Virus record (IMG/VR): IMGVR_UViG_3300006484_000005
Span: 1 to 64,000 of that record
Source: an uncultured virus (IMG/VR IMGVR_UViG_3300006484_000005)
Lineage: Duplodnaviria; Heunggongvirae; Uroviricota; Caudoviricetes
Strand: one strand, 5' to 3'
DNA: 64,000 bases
The notes under the pieces were generated by a model that was not told the origin of the DNA, did not search any database, and saw only the letters and a list, made by a program, of their open reading frames with translations. Both the position numbers and the translations under genes were made by a program. This document shows, one piece after another, positions 1-9,239 of the stretch; within the stretch, counting starts at the first letter, position 1; each line of letters begins with the position of its first letter.

Positions 1-452
1 GTTAATTCCATTCCTACGTAATCAACAACCACATTAGTCTTGTAATTCTTGGGGCGTGTAAATAAAGAACATATTTTAACGCTGTTAACTTGCTTCTCAT
101 TAATTAGATAGTCTTTTAATTCAACCATTGTTAAGCCTGTCTCAACAATGTCCTCGACTATAATTATATTACGTTTATAGAGGTCGCGAGATATTCCAAG
201 AACTTGTTTTACAGTGCCTGTAGATTCAATACCTTCATATGATGACAATCTAACGAATTCTAATTCTGGGCTTAATGGATATAATTGTTCAGCTAGATGC
301 GCTCCAAATATACCTGCTCCCTTTAATACTATAACTAATACTGGATTATAATTTTGGTCATGTATTATTTCCATTGCTAATGCCTTAATCATAGCATTTA
401 GCTTTTGTTTTGGTATTAGTGGTTCGAAATGTTTATCTTTTATCTTTAGCAT
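1..452 (-). CDS. hpt: Hypoxanthine-guanine phosphoribosyltransferase (3' end runs off the window)
   Basis: Hand translation: MLKIKDKHFEPLIP...VLKGAGIF...RLSSYEG...IIIVEDIVETGLT (PRPP-binding motif)...DYVGMEL. Absent from the ORF track because it is truncated. Confidence 0.9.
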   Translation of the reverse strand, partial: MLKIKDKHFEPLIPKQKLNAMIKALAMEIIHDQNYNPVLVIVLKGAGIFGAHLAEQLYPLSPELEFVRLSSYEGIESTGTVKQVLGISRDLYKRNIIIVEDIVETGLTMVELKDYLINEKQVNSVKICSLFTRPKNYKTNVVVDYVGMEL

Positions 453-609
453 GTTCTCGTTTCAAATCCTCAGCTATTTGCTTAATAATTTCGTCTGGTG
501 TCAGTACTAATAGAGTATTTAATTTGTATTGTCCTCTATATTTGTCGTATGAAGTAAGTACTTCACGAATTAGGCTCTCCGTTATCGGAGTTTGGATATC
601 GTTCTGCAT
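433..609 (-). CDS. Hypothetical protein, 58 aa
   Basis: Hand translation MQNDIQTPITESLIREVL...HAKDKR; fills the gap and overlaps the hpt start. Confidence 0.55.
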   Translation of the reverse strand: MQNDIQTPITESLIREVLTSYDKYRGQYKLNTLLVLTPDEIIKQIAEDLKREHAKDKR

Positions 610-778
610 AACCTATTGTGTGATGTGTTGTTGTTATTTTATGTCCCATATTGTATGGGTTGTAGTTTATTTCTAATGTCAATGTAGATAATGTGTCGTC
701 CTCACATTGCTCATATAAATCAGCAAGTGCTTTAATTAACATTTGACGTTGGGCCGATTTTAGTTCCTGGATGTTCAT
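563..778 (-). CDS. Hypothetical protein
   Basis: ORF track; tiles with neighbours. Confidence 0.55.
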   Translation of the reverse strand: MNIQELKSAQRQMLIKALADLYEQCEDDTLSTLTLEINYNPYNMGHKITTTHHTIGYAERYPNSDNGEPNS

Positions 779-780
779 AG

Positions 781-1038
781 TTAATCTATGAAATCACTGA
801 TGTTGTCATTAGCAAATAAATCTTCTGGGAATTCATCATAATCATCATCATCTAATAAATCGTCGTCAGCCCATATTATTTCCCAGTTTTCATCCTCTAA
901 ATCATTTAATGGAGTGATAATTTCTTCTAATCCAAAATATTCTAAATCTTCCTCATATGTTTCATTGTAAGCGATATTATCGATATCAACATCAAGTGGG
1001 GTTTTTGGATCGCGTGGTTTAAAGTTCTGTGATTGCAT
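781..1038 (-). CDS. Highly acidic hypothetical protein
   Basis: ORF track; very D/E-rich. Confidence 0.65.
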   Translation of the reverse strand: MQSQNFKPRDPKTPLDVDIDNIAYNETYEEDLEYFGLEEIITPLNDLEDENWEIIWADDDLLDDDDYDEFPEDLFANDNISDFID

Positions 1039-1393
1039 CTACAATTGATTTTTTAAGTTTTTTACGAGTAAATTTAATTGTTGGTACTAATTCTTTTAAT
1101 TTAATAACCTTAGCACAATACTCATATTCTTCTGCTTCTTCTAATGTTGGTAAACAACCATCTAAATTCTCTAAATAATCAGTATCGTCCATTGCTAATG
1201 ATGTAGCCATATTCATTCCACCTACAGTAGGAGATAATATAATACATGCAATGACATATTTTACCTTGTATCTACAAGCAAATTCGACCGCTTTAACAGT
1301 TTGTTTAGCAATTTCCAACCTGTATTCAGGTGCTGGTGTGCCAAACTTACCTCCTTTAATTATAAGCGGTTCGAATTCGTCTTGTTCTTTCAT
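1019..1393 (-). CDS. Protein with C-terminal UVR (UvrB/UvrC)-like motif
   Basis: EEAEEYEYCAKVIKL resembles the UVR consensus (E.YE.AA.i). Confidence 0.6.
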   Translation of the reverse strand: MKEQDEFEPLIIKGGKFGTPAPEYRLEIAKQTVKAVEFACRYKVKYVIACIILSPTVGGMNMATSLAMDDTDYLENLDGCLPTLEEAEEYEYCAKVIKLKELVPTIKFTRKKLKKSIVDAITEL

Positions 1394-1405
1394 TACTGAT
1401 AAATA

Positions 1406-1615
1406 TTATGCTTCAATTACTGAAACAATATTTGATTTAGATGCTGATTTTACTTCAAAATCATTCTCACCACGTTCAGATAGATATTCTGTAATGCGTA
1501 CTTCAGCTTCTGTAACTGACATTGCATCAACTAAATACGTTTCTGTTTGTTTTTTAATTTTACCTTTTGCGTCTTCAACTTCGAAAACGGCTTTCACTGT
1601 GAAATATTGTGCCAT
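1406..1615 (-). CDS. DUF4494-like protein (Bacteroidota family)
   Basis: GKIKKQTETYLVDAMSVTEAEVRI matches my recollection of the family signature. Confidence 0.7.
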   Translation of the reverse strand: MAQYFTVKAVFEVEDAKGKIKKQTETYLVDAMSVTEAEVRITEYLSERGENDFEVKSASKSNIVSVIEA

Positions 1616-1636
1616 ATATATTTTGTTTTATTTAAT

Positions 1637-1653
1637 TAAAGATAATAAGGAAA
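1637..1653 (-). promoter_or_regulatory. Class A promoter motif (TTTCYTNATTANNTTTA)
   Basis: Minus strand TTTCCTTATTATCTTTA, about 20 nt upstream of an ATG; motif recurs about 13 times in the window. Confidence 0.6.
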
Positions 1654-1654
1654 A

Positions 1655-2299
1655 TTATTTATTCCTAGCAATTAAGCTATTTTCTTCGGGTTCGTCATCT
1701 TCCCACAATCCAAGTGCTTTCATATTAGCGATTTGATCCTCGTCTAATTGCCAGTCAAAATCAACTTGCTTGGTTTCCTGATTTGATTCTATAGAACGTA
1801 TTTGGTTGCCTGTAAGTACTTCACCTACATACAAGTAATAACAATTATAACATAACAATTGTAGATTTTCTAATCTATAATCTACTTTATTACCATTTCG
1901 AAAATGCATCAGTAATGGCATTTTATAATCTGTAACTCGTCGTTCTGTAAAGTCACATATATCACAGCATTCTTTTAGATATCCTTCTTCGACTGCCCTG
2001 ATTTTAATTTTCTCGGGTGTAAAGCTCTGCCAGCCGTCCTCACCTTCGAGTATAGCCTTAACATTCGGTTCTTTACGACGGTTAGGCAAGAATTTAGGAA
2101 TACCCACTCCGGTTTGGTTCTTATGTACCTCGAACAAAGTAGGAGAATTAGGATCGTTATCATCTATACGGTAGGACTTCATAAATGGCCATAAGTGCTG
2201 ATAGGAACACCCCAAATAACGAGCCGCAGCTCGAATTGATTTGGTATGTCTCATAGCCCTTAATAGGTCCTCTTTATTAAACGGTTTAGCTTTAGCCAT
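1655..2299 (-). CDS. HTH plus degenerate HNH-like zinc-finger protein
   Basis: N-terminal KSIRAAARYLGCSY (HTH-like); C-terminal CDIC...LMHFRNGN...LENLQLLCYNCY. Confidence 0.7.
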   Translation of the reverse strand: MAKAKPFNKEDLLRAMRHTKSIRAAARYLGCSYQHLWPFMKSYRIDDNDPNSPTLFEVHKNQTGVGIPKFLPNRRKEPNVKAILEGEDGWQSFTPEKIKIRAVEEGYLKECCDICDFTERRVTDYKMPLLMHFRNGNKVDYRLENLQLLCYNCYYLYVGEVLTGNQIRSIESNQETKQVDFDWQLDEDQIANMKALGLWEDDEPEENSLIARNK

Positions 2300-2300
2300 T

Positions 2301-2696
2301 TTATAACAATTGTTTTACAGCTACCCACAGCTGTTCTGGGTTTGATATTTCACGTTCAACTCCCTTTACATCAGTATACGGGATAGAACCATCCATTTCT
2401 AAACGATCATAACAGTAGTGAATAATTAATTCAGCAGCTTGTGTTCCAAACGATAAATAAATCAAATTATCGATGATTTGTAAATACATCTCATCATAAT
2501 CTGATAAATCAATTTTAAAGTCTGAATGTACTAATGTAGAACGATTGATTACTAATTCAATTTGTGTAATGATATTAATGAATAATTCATGTTTGATATC
2601 TTCATTGTTCTTCTTACGACGTACTATTTTAGTGTTAGTACCAATAAGACCATTAATTTGGTTTTGAATTCCCTCAATCTCTTTATCTACGTTCAT
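2301..2696 (-). CDS. Hypothetical protein
   Basis: ORF track; tiles with neighbours. Confidence 0.7.
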   Translation of the reverse strand: MNVDKEIEGIQNQINGLIGTNTKIVRRKKNNEDIKHELFINIITQIELVINRSTLVHSDFKIDLSDYDEMYLQIIDNLIYLSFGTQAAELIIHYCYDRLEMDGSIPYTDVKGVEREISNPEQLWVAVKQLL

Positions 2697-3001
2697 AACT
2701 TTTCTTTTAATTTTATAATTTCAGCACACGTTTCGTAATCTTCAAACTTTTCATAGTATGAGATTGACTTATTTAATGCGGATTCAAAATCTTGTTTGTC
2801 TACTGTTAAATAATTTCCAGTTGAGTTAATTTCTATTATTTTAGCGTGTTTTAATTTACGCTTAATAGCTTCTCTAATCCCCCATACTGTTTGAGAATAA
2901 ACAATATCTTGTATTATTTCATTTTCTCCGATTACTGAGTAATCAGGTTCGCCGTCTCCGTTTATATTAAACTGTAGGTTCGGTATTACTCGTTTGCTCA
3001 T
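2693..3001 (-). CDS. Protein with C-terminal UVR-like motif
   Basis: YYEKFEDYETCAEIIKL. Confidence 0.65.
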   Translation of the reverse strand: MSKRVIPNLQFNINGDGEPDYSVIGENEIIQDIVYSQTVWGIREAIKRKLKHAKIIEINSTGNYLTVDKQDFESALNKSISYYEKFEDYETCAEIIKLKEKL

Positions 3002-3383
3002 CAGAATTAGGGTTTAAAATGTTTTTGATAAATAATTTAAAGCTCTCTAATCGGATTAAGAATCCAATTACATTCTGATATGGTACGTCTAAATCGGTAT
3101 CAACTGATAATCCAATATCGGCTAATCCTTTATTTAATTTGGTTTTTAATTTTTGGGTAATTTCTTCCTTCTTAGCCTCGTCTGTGCTTTGAGGAACGAT
3201 GAATTGAACTTTAATGCCCTTCTTAGTTGGATTCTTGTTCACATCTACTACCATCTTTAATCCACTATCTGGTGATTGAGGTGGAGTCATATCAACTGCT
3301 GGAGATGTTGGTTCAGCTGCTGTTACTTCTTCTCCTACCTCACCAATGATAGCTTTAATCTCGTCTTCTAATAAGTGATGCAT
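2967..3383 (-). CDS. Hypothetical protein
   Basis: ORF track; preceded by a class B motif at 3405-3414. Confidence 0.7.
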   Translation of the reverse strand: MHHLLEDEIKAIIGEVGEEVTAAEPTSPAVDMTPPQSPDSGLKMVVDVNKNPTKKGIKVQFIVPQSTDEAKKEEITQKLKTKLNKGLADIGLSVDTDLDVPYQNVIGFLIRLESFKLFIKNILNPNSDEQTSNTEPTV

Positions 3384-3413
3384 ATTTTAGTATTTATTTT
3401 CATACATAAATAT

Positions 3414-3445
3414 AATAAAGAAAGGCCCTAGAAACTAGGACCTTT
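3414..3445 (-). terminator. Intrinsic terminator
   Basis: Minus strand AAAGGTCCTAG-TTT-CTAGGGCCTTT followed by CTTTATT, downstream of 3464-3847. Confidence 0.7.
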
Positions 3446-3463
3446 AACTTTAATCGTGTGTTA

Positions 3464-3847
3464 TTACTTCTTCTTAGGATAGTAACGACGCTTCTTCTTA
3501 ACTGGTTTAGGAGCTTCAACTACTGGGGCAACTTCAACAACTGGAGCTACAGGAGCTACTTCAACTGCAGGTGTTTGTTCTTCAACAACCTCTACTTTTG
3601 GAGCCTTTACTTCGGGAGCAGGTACAGCAGCTAATGCTTCGTCAATCTTTTTAGTCATTTTGTCTAACTTTTTATCGATTTTTAAAGCAGCTTGTTGAGC
3701 TTCCTTTAACTTAGCTTCTGTTTCATCAAATGATGGATTAGAAGCGGCAACATCCTCTTGTGAAAGAGTAACGGTCTGCGTTTGCTTACTAGCAAAGTAC
3801 CAGATGGCACCAGCAAGACCTAACAACACTAAAATTGCAATTAACAT
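3464..3847 (-). CDS. Membrane-anchored protein with Pro/Val/Ala-rich linker and basic tail
   Basis: N-terminal TM helix, VEVAPV repeats, KKKRRYYPKKK end. Confidence 0.75.
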   Translation of the reverse strand: MLIAILVLLGLAGAIWYFASKQTQTVTLSQEDVAASNPSFDETEAKLKEAQQAALKIDKKLDKMTKKIDEALAAVPAPEVKAPKVEVVEEQTPAVEVAPVAPVVEVAPVVEAPKPVKKKRRYYPKKK

Positions 3848-3872
3848 AATTGTTTGGGTTTTGGTTTAAAAT

Positions 3873-4109
3873 TTAATCTTCAAATAAACTGATAATATAA
3901 GCATATGTAACTACACCACATATCATAAGTAACAATATTGCTAATACTACTTCTGGAAGTCCAGGTATTAGTAAAAACTTTTTGTATTTTGATTTATACC
4001 ATCCATTATTATCAACTTCTTCTAATAATGAATGAGTAATGTGAGCTATAATAACGTGAACCATTAAGGCTACAAATATAAGAAAGGCAAGCATTAAGTA
4101 GTAAAACAT
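3873..4109 (-). CDS. Small two-TM membrane protein
   Basis: Start moved to MFYYLML because another ORF ends at 4111. Confidence 0.6.
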   Translation of the reverse strand: MFYYLMLAFLIFVALMVHVIIAHITHSLLEEVDNNGWYKSKYKKFLLIPGLPEVVLAILLLMICGVVTYAYIISLFED

Positions 4110-4110
4110 A

Positions 4111-4287
4111 TTATTCGTCTTTATGTTGTTTGGTTGTGTTATGATAAATAAAGAATGTAAGTAATACCCATCCGAATTTAGATGAATCAGTCCAATCAAC
4201 TAGAGCAACATCATAATTAATTAATGTAAATACTCCAAATGAAAGTAACATTGCTACGACTGCGTATTGTAATAAAACTTTATTCAT
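4111..4287 (-). CDS. Small membrane protein, 58 aa
   Basis: Hand translation MNKVLLQYAVVAMLLSFGVF...KQHKDE; class A-like motif at 4292-4308. Confidence 0.6.
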   Translation of the reverse strand: MNKVLLQYAVVAMLLSFGVFTLINYDVALVDWTDSSKFGWVLLTFFIYHNTTKQHKDE

Positions 4288-4314
4288 AATGTAAACTTAA
4301 TAAGGACATTTTAC

Positions 4315-5079
4315 TTAGACAAATATTCTGTTAGTTTGGGAATCTCGTTTCATATAACCACCCCATTTGTATCTAAATGCTTCATGACACATTTGTTCTT
4401 TATGTACTGCTTCTTGAATACGTTCTTCTGATTTAGTACCTACGGAAACAAAATGGTAAAACGAAATATTATGTAAACGAATACTTCCTATATTATTTAA
4501 ATTACATTTCATAAAGAATTCACAATCAACAACCCAACCACCTGGATATGATTCATCCCATCCACCTACTCTTAAATAATCTTGTTTAGACATGAATATA
4601 GGTAAGGTTGAACCACTTATGTCCTTAACCATTTTAGATGATTTAACTTCAAATACTCTAAATGCTTTTAAATCAAATGTTTTAGGATCACGTCCTAAAT
4701 CCTTAATTATAAATTGATTAAATATACTTGGAATCGGTTCAATTTGATTAGGGGCATAAACAGCACCTGGGGCATATTGTGATTCTAATCTTACATCCCA
4801 CTCAATAGGAAATACATTATCATCATTTACAATTAAAATTAAATCGTTAGACGCATTATAAACACCTAAATTAGTTGCTCGAGCTAATCCTACGTTTTGT
4901 TTTAAATCAAGTACTGAAATATCATCTTGGTATTTGTATAGTACTTCTTTATTTTCTTCGTAGAATCCATCTACAACAACAATAATTTCATTTCTATTTG
5001 TTTGACCTTCAATAGCTGATCTTAAACATAAATCAAGTACTTCTGGTTCTCTGTAAGTTGGGATTATAACTGATATCAT
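4315..5079 (-). CDS. Glycosyltransferase family 2
   Basis: MISVIIPTY, IIVVVDG, ILIVNDDNV (DxD), GGWDE. Confidence 0.88.
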   Translation of the reverse strand: MISVIIPTYREPEVLDLCLRSAIEGQTNRNEIIVVVDGFYEENKEVLYKYQDDISVLDLKQNVGLARATNLGVYNASNDLILIVNDDNVFPIEWDVRLESQYAPGAVYAPNQIEPIPSIFNQFIIKDLGRDPKTFDLKAFRVFEVKSSKMVKDISGSTLPIFMSKQDYLRVGGWDESYPGGWVVDCEFFMKCNLNNIGSIRLHNISFYHFVSVGTKSEERIQEAVHKEQMCHEAFRYKWGGYMKRDSQTNRIFV

Positions 5080-5759
5080 ATTTTTGACCAATCGATTAAG
5101 GGTGTTAACCAAGCTGTTTCGCCGTGAGTTGAATAGCCTGGTATTGGAGTAACTAAGTAATGAGCTGAATTGTATAATGAGACAAACATGTCGAAATCAC
5201 GGGGATAACTGCCTTGAGTATATTCACGCAATACATTTTCCGTCTTACGAAGTGTCTTCACTTTAGACGCGAATGTCATCGTTGTTGAATTAGTTACTTT
5301 CCAATGAGATGATGTAGATAACATAACACGAGTCATTTCACCCCCACCTTGTACATATGGATTAGCACCATCAATATATTTGTCTGGATGGTCATATAAT
5401 GAAACAAAATCGGCTCCAATTTCATTTAATCCTTCTTCAATTATTTTTTGTGAGCCGGGTTTGTGTAAATAATCATTTTCACAGAAGTATACTATTTCAT
5501 TATCGTCATAACCTAATGCTTCAGTTAAAGCAATATTAAATGTACCAGCACCATGACCTACTGAAGTGTAGAAGATATTATCTTTAGATACATACTCTTG
5601 AATCATGTTATCTGTTTTTTCAGATACATTATCGGCAATAATAGACCAATCAGCATCGTTAAACACATTAACTGCGTTCCATAAACAGTTTCTATTATTG
5701 ATGTATTTAGGTTTTACTTTACTATAACCTGCATCTGATATTCTATAAATAATTTTCAT
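5076..5759 (-). CDS. GT-A fold glycosyltransferase-like protein
   Basis: VYFCENDYLH motif; lies in a GT cluster. Confidence 0.6.
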   Translation of the reverse strand: MKIIYRISDAGYSKVKPKYINNRNCLWNAVNVFNDADWSIIADNVSEKTDNMIQEYVSKDNIFYTSVGHGAGTFNIALTEALGYDDNEIVYFCENDYLHKPGSQKIIEEGLNEIGADFVSLYDHPDKYIDGANPYVQGGGEMTRVMLSTSSHWKVTNSTTMTFASKVKTLRKTENVLREYTQGSYPRDFDMFVSLYNSAHYLVTPIPGYSTHGETAWLTPLIDWSKI

Positions 5760-5763
5760 ATTT

Positions 5764-5780
5764 TAAATATAATTAAGAAA
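5764..5780 (-). promoter_or_regulatory. Class A promoter motif
   Basis: Minus strand TTTCTTAATTATATTTA. Confidence 0.55.
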
Positions 5781-6846
5781 GAAGTAATTTAGATTGATGT
5801 AAAGCAGAAGCAATAACTTGATGCATATCATAATACTTGTAATCAGCTAATCGTCCTCCAAATATTATTCTTTCTTCCATGTTCATTAATTCCCTATATA
5901 GGTTATATCTATTGTTGTTTGCTTCATCATTTATTGGATAATATGGTTCACCTTCAGTAGTTGGATATTCACGAGTAATAACAGTATGTTTTTGTTTACC
6001 AAATTCAAAATGTTTATGTTCTACAATTCGAGTATATGGTACACTAGTTTCAGTATAATTTATAGCAGCGTTGCCTTGATAATCACTTATATCTAAACGT
6101 TCGCTTTCAAAACGTAATGAACGATATTCTAATTTACCAAACTCATAATCATAAAATTTATCAACAGGACCTGTATAGATTACTTTATTATGTTCTGGTA
6201 GTGTATCTTTAAAATAGTCTACATTGAGTTGAGTATCAATACCATCTAATAGTTTTTCAAATATTTGAGTATAACCACCTATTGGTATACCTTGATACTT
6301 ATCATTAAAATAATTATCATCATATGTCAATCTAATAGGTAATCGTTTAATAATTGAAGCGGGTAATTGTTTTGGATCACGTCCCCATTGTTTAGTAGTA
6401 TATCCTTTAATGAATTTTTCATACAATTTAACTCCTACCTGAGATATTATCCATTCTTCCAGATTGTTTGGTTTATTATTAGGTACTCGTTCTAATTCAA
6501 GTATTGACTCAGCTTGTTGGGGTGTTGTAACTCCATACATCTGATATAATGTCATTAAATTGATTGGGAATGAATAGATATTACTACCATATTTAACTTT
6601 AGGTCTGTAAGTAAAGTGATTAAATTCAGCATATTGGTTTACATAATCCCACACTTGTTTATTATTAGTATGAAATATATGAGGACCATAAGTATGAACA
6701 TTGATTCCATCTACATCAGTAGTATAACAATTTCCACCAATGTGGTCTCGTTTATCTATTACTAATACTTTTTTACCAGCATTAGTTAATTCACGTGCAC
6801 AAATACTTCCAAATAAACCAGCCCCTACAATTAGATAATCGTACAT
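5773..6846 (-). CDS. glf: UDP-galactopyranose mutase
   Basis: GAGLFG FAD motif, HIGGNCY, YGPHIFHT, YQGIP, EPYYP, GRLADYKYYDM. Confidence 0.96.
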   Translation of the reverse strand: MYDYLIVGAGLFGSICARELTNAGKKVLVIDKRDHIGGNCYTTDVDGINVHTYGPHIFHTNNKQVWDYVNQYAEFNHFTYRPKVKYGSNIYSFPINLMTLYQMYGVTTPQQAESILELERVPNNKPNNLEEWIISQVGVKLYEKFIKGYTTKQWGRDPKQLPASIIKRLPIRLTYDDNYFNDKYQGIPIGGYTQIFEKLLDGIDTQLNVDYFKDTLPEHNKVIYTGPVDKFYDYEFGKLEYRSLRFESERLDISDYQGNAAINYTETSVPYTRIVEHKHFEFGKQKHTVITREYPTTEGEPYYPINDEANNNRYNLYRELMNMEERIIFGGRLADYKYYDMHQVIASALHQSKLLLS

Positions 6847-7820
6847 GAATTTTTAACTTGGTTATTAAATGTTTCGACCTCTGCTTTAATTACTTTTCTA
6901 TATAAATTAAAGTTATTGAAATGTATTTCAAAATTATCAAATATATCCTTAATTAATTCACTTACACCTTCAACTGTATCATCAAATTTATACTGTGGGT
7001 CAATCATTATATCTTGAAAAAAACGAGCACTACCATTAAATGATGTTATTAAAGCACATCCACAAGTTACTGCCTCACGTGGGAATTTATCTTTACCTGG
7101 ATGATGTCCAAAATCAATATATAATTTACTTTTAAGCATTAATTCACGTAATTGATCCCTATCCATATTAATTAACGGAATAAATTCAATATCCGGATTT
7201 TCATCCATTAATTGTTTAGTTATTTCAATACCTTTTTTAGGGTTATACAAAACAACATTATCTCTATTTTTATGAGTTATATCTGTAATGTAATCTCTGT
7301 TAATATAATCGAATAATGGATAAACATATTGAGCACCATGATTAAGTAAGAACCAATAGGCGTATTGTGATTGATAAAAGTGGTGAACTCCTAAATATTC
7401 GGGTTGAGTCAATTTTAAATGGAAATCTCGTTGGTCTGTACCTAAAGCATTAGCTACACTTAACCACCATATTGATTTTTGAACGTTTAAATAACCATCT
7501 AACACATCAGGCCATATTTCAGGAATAATGATTAAATTATCTTCATTATCGTCTACTTCACTAACTACATCGTCTTGTGAAATATATTTACTATATGCTA
7601 ATGGAACACCAATATTTATTTTATGATTTTCGGTAGAAATAATTTTCTTCCAATCACTTCTGTGTTGGGGATGAATATCTGGATGGATTAATACCATTTT
7701 AGCATTTACTCCTAATTCTTTATAGGTAGAGCATAAAGCATATAAACACTCTATACCTCCAGTTTCAATATTAGATGGAGCGAAAACATATACTGTTGAG
7801 TTTTTATTTAAATTAATCAT
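6831..7820 (-). CDS. GT-B fold glycosyltransferase-like protein
   Basis: TGGIE N-terminal motif, YNPKKG, DFGHHPGKDKFPREA; start placed at MINLN. Confidence 0.65.
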   Translation of the reverse strand: MINLNKNSTVYVFAPSNIETGGIECLYALCSTYKELGVNAKMVLIHPDIHPQHRSDWKKIISTENHKINIGVPLAYSKYISQDDVVSEVDDNEDNLIIIPEIWPDVLDGYLNVQKSIWWLSVANALGTDQRDFHLKLTQPEYLGVHHFYQSQYAYWFLLNHGAQYVYPLFDYINRDYITDITHKNRDNVVLYNPKKGIEITKQLMDENPDIEFIPLINMDRDQLRELMLKSKLYIDFGHHPGKDKFPREAVTCGCALITSFNGSARFFQDIMIDPQYKFDDTVEGVSELIKDIFDNFEIHFNNFNLYRKVIKAEVETFNNQVKNSCTII

Positions 7821-8673
7821 TCCATTCTTTAATTTTAGTTTCAATAAAATCCATCATTGCTTGGGGTTTTTCATGACCTATAAAATGAATTACTTTAGAT
7901 TTAAGTAAGTGTTCCATATCAACCCAATAAGGAAACACATAATATTCTTCTGGGTTTAATATTTGGTGATTTGGGCTTAAAGCATTCATTAATGAATGAA
8001 ATGATTGTTCCTGAGTATCTAAGATAGTTCGAGTCCATCCTGTTTTTTCGGTTCCATCTTCATTGTATATTCCTGTAAAATCAAAACATTCAATTAACAT
8101 ATTAAATGTGTTTGGATTTAAAAAATTATCAAATATACTTAAATCTAATCCTTTAAAACCAGCATTAATACCAGCGTTAGTATACTTTACTACATTTTGG
8201 CCAAATAAATTAGTTAGTGATTGAGCTAATGCTTTATCACAACCAGCGTTTGCGGGTTCAATAATACCAAATGGTGTTTTGGTTTGTAAATAATTATCTA
8301 ATTGTGTTAAATCATCATTATTAAAAATAACATCATACTCAATTAACAATGAATAATCATAGCATAACACACGTCTTAAATAATGATTGATAATAATATG
8401 ATAGAAATGAATAAAATTAGGTATTTTACTAATTAATTCATCAGACGCGTAATTATTTTGTTTCAAATAATTAGTCATATCTTCTTTTGAATACCAAATA
8501 CATTTAAATGGTAATGCATCAATTTTATCTGACCATTCATCATGAAATGTAGGTTGGTCTAAAATGATATGGAATTCAAAATTAATATTAGGAAAATACT
8601 TTTGTAATTGGAGCATTGTATAATACTCTAATTTGCCTTTTTTATGCCATAATCTCGAAACTGGTATTACCAT
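7813..8673 (-). CDS. GT-A fold (GT8-like) glycosyltransferase
   Basis: IEYDVIF, INAGF, QEQS, IHFIG pattern. Confidence 0.6.
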   Translation of the reverse strand: MVIPVSRLWHKKGKLEYYTMLQLQKYFPNINFEFHIILDQPTFHDEWSDKIDALPFKCIWYSKEDMTNYLKQNNYASDELISKIPNFIHFYHIIINHYLRRVLCYDYSLLIEYDVIFNNDDLTQLDNYLQTKTPFGIIEPANAGCDKALAQSLTNLFGQNVVKYTNAGINAGFKGLDLSIFDNFLNPNTFNMLIECFDFTGIYNEDGTEKTGWTRTILDTQEQSFHSLMNALSPNHQILNPEEYYVFPYWVDMEHLLKSKVIHFIGHEKPQAMMDFIETKIKEWND

Positions 8674-8674
8674 T

Positions 8675-9238
8675 TTATAATTTTTTATAAACGATGAATT
8701 CTCTTCTATTTTTAATAATTTCCATGTTTGGAACTATTTCATTTGATAATTGTTCTTGCCACCATGGAGCAATATCTTCAATAATATATAATCCTCCAGT
8801 TTTTAACGATTTAGAAAGTTCATGTATTGAGGTTATTTGATGAGCAACATCATGTGAACCATCATCAATAATAAAATCAAATTCTACCTTAACTTCATCA
8901 ATAAATGATTTTAAACTATCTGTTGATGATTGATCAACAACATATGTTTTAATTCTGTCGTCCTCAAACATAACATCTTCTAAAATATCAACGGCGTATA
9001 CAGTAGCATTTGGAAAAAAATCACGCCATGCTTTTATACTCGCTCCGGGGATATAATTACTAACATATGGATTCATTAATGGAGCGTTTCCAATCCCAAT
9101 TTCTAACATATTAGTAAGAGTATGTTTGATTGGATTTAATAATTCAAAGTAATCAACTGAGTAATTGTGACCAATTGCCTCGCATTTATCTGCTCTATAT
9201 TCTTCAAATAGTAAGCATAATTCGGTTTTTTCTGCCAT
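8675..9238 (-). CDS. Class I SAM-dependent (sugar O-)methyltransferase
   Basis: LEIGIG, FDFIIDDGSH, GGLYIIED. Confidence 0.85.
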   Translation of the reverse strand: MAEKTELCLLFEEYRADKCEAIGHNYSVDYFELLNPIKHTLTNMLEIGIGNAPLMNPYVSNYIPGASIKAWRDFFPNATVYAVDILEDVMFEDDRIKTYVVDQSSTDSLKSFIDEVKVEFDFIIDDGSHDVAHQITSIHELSKSLKTGGLYIIEDIAPWWQEQLSNEIVPNMEIIKNRREFIVYKKL

Positions 9239-9239
9239 T

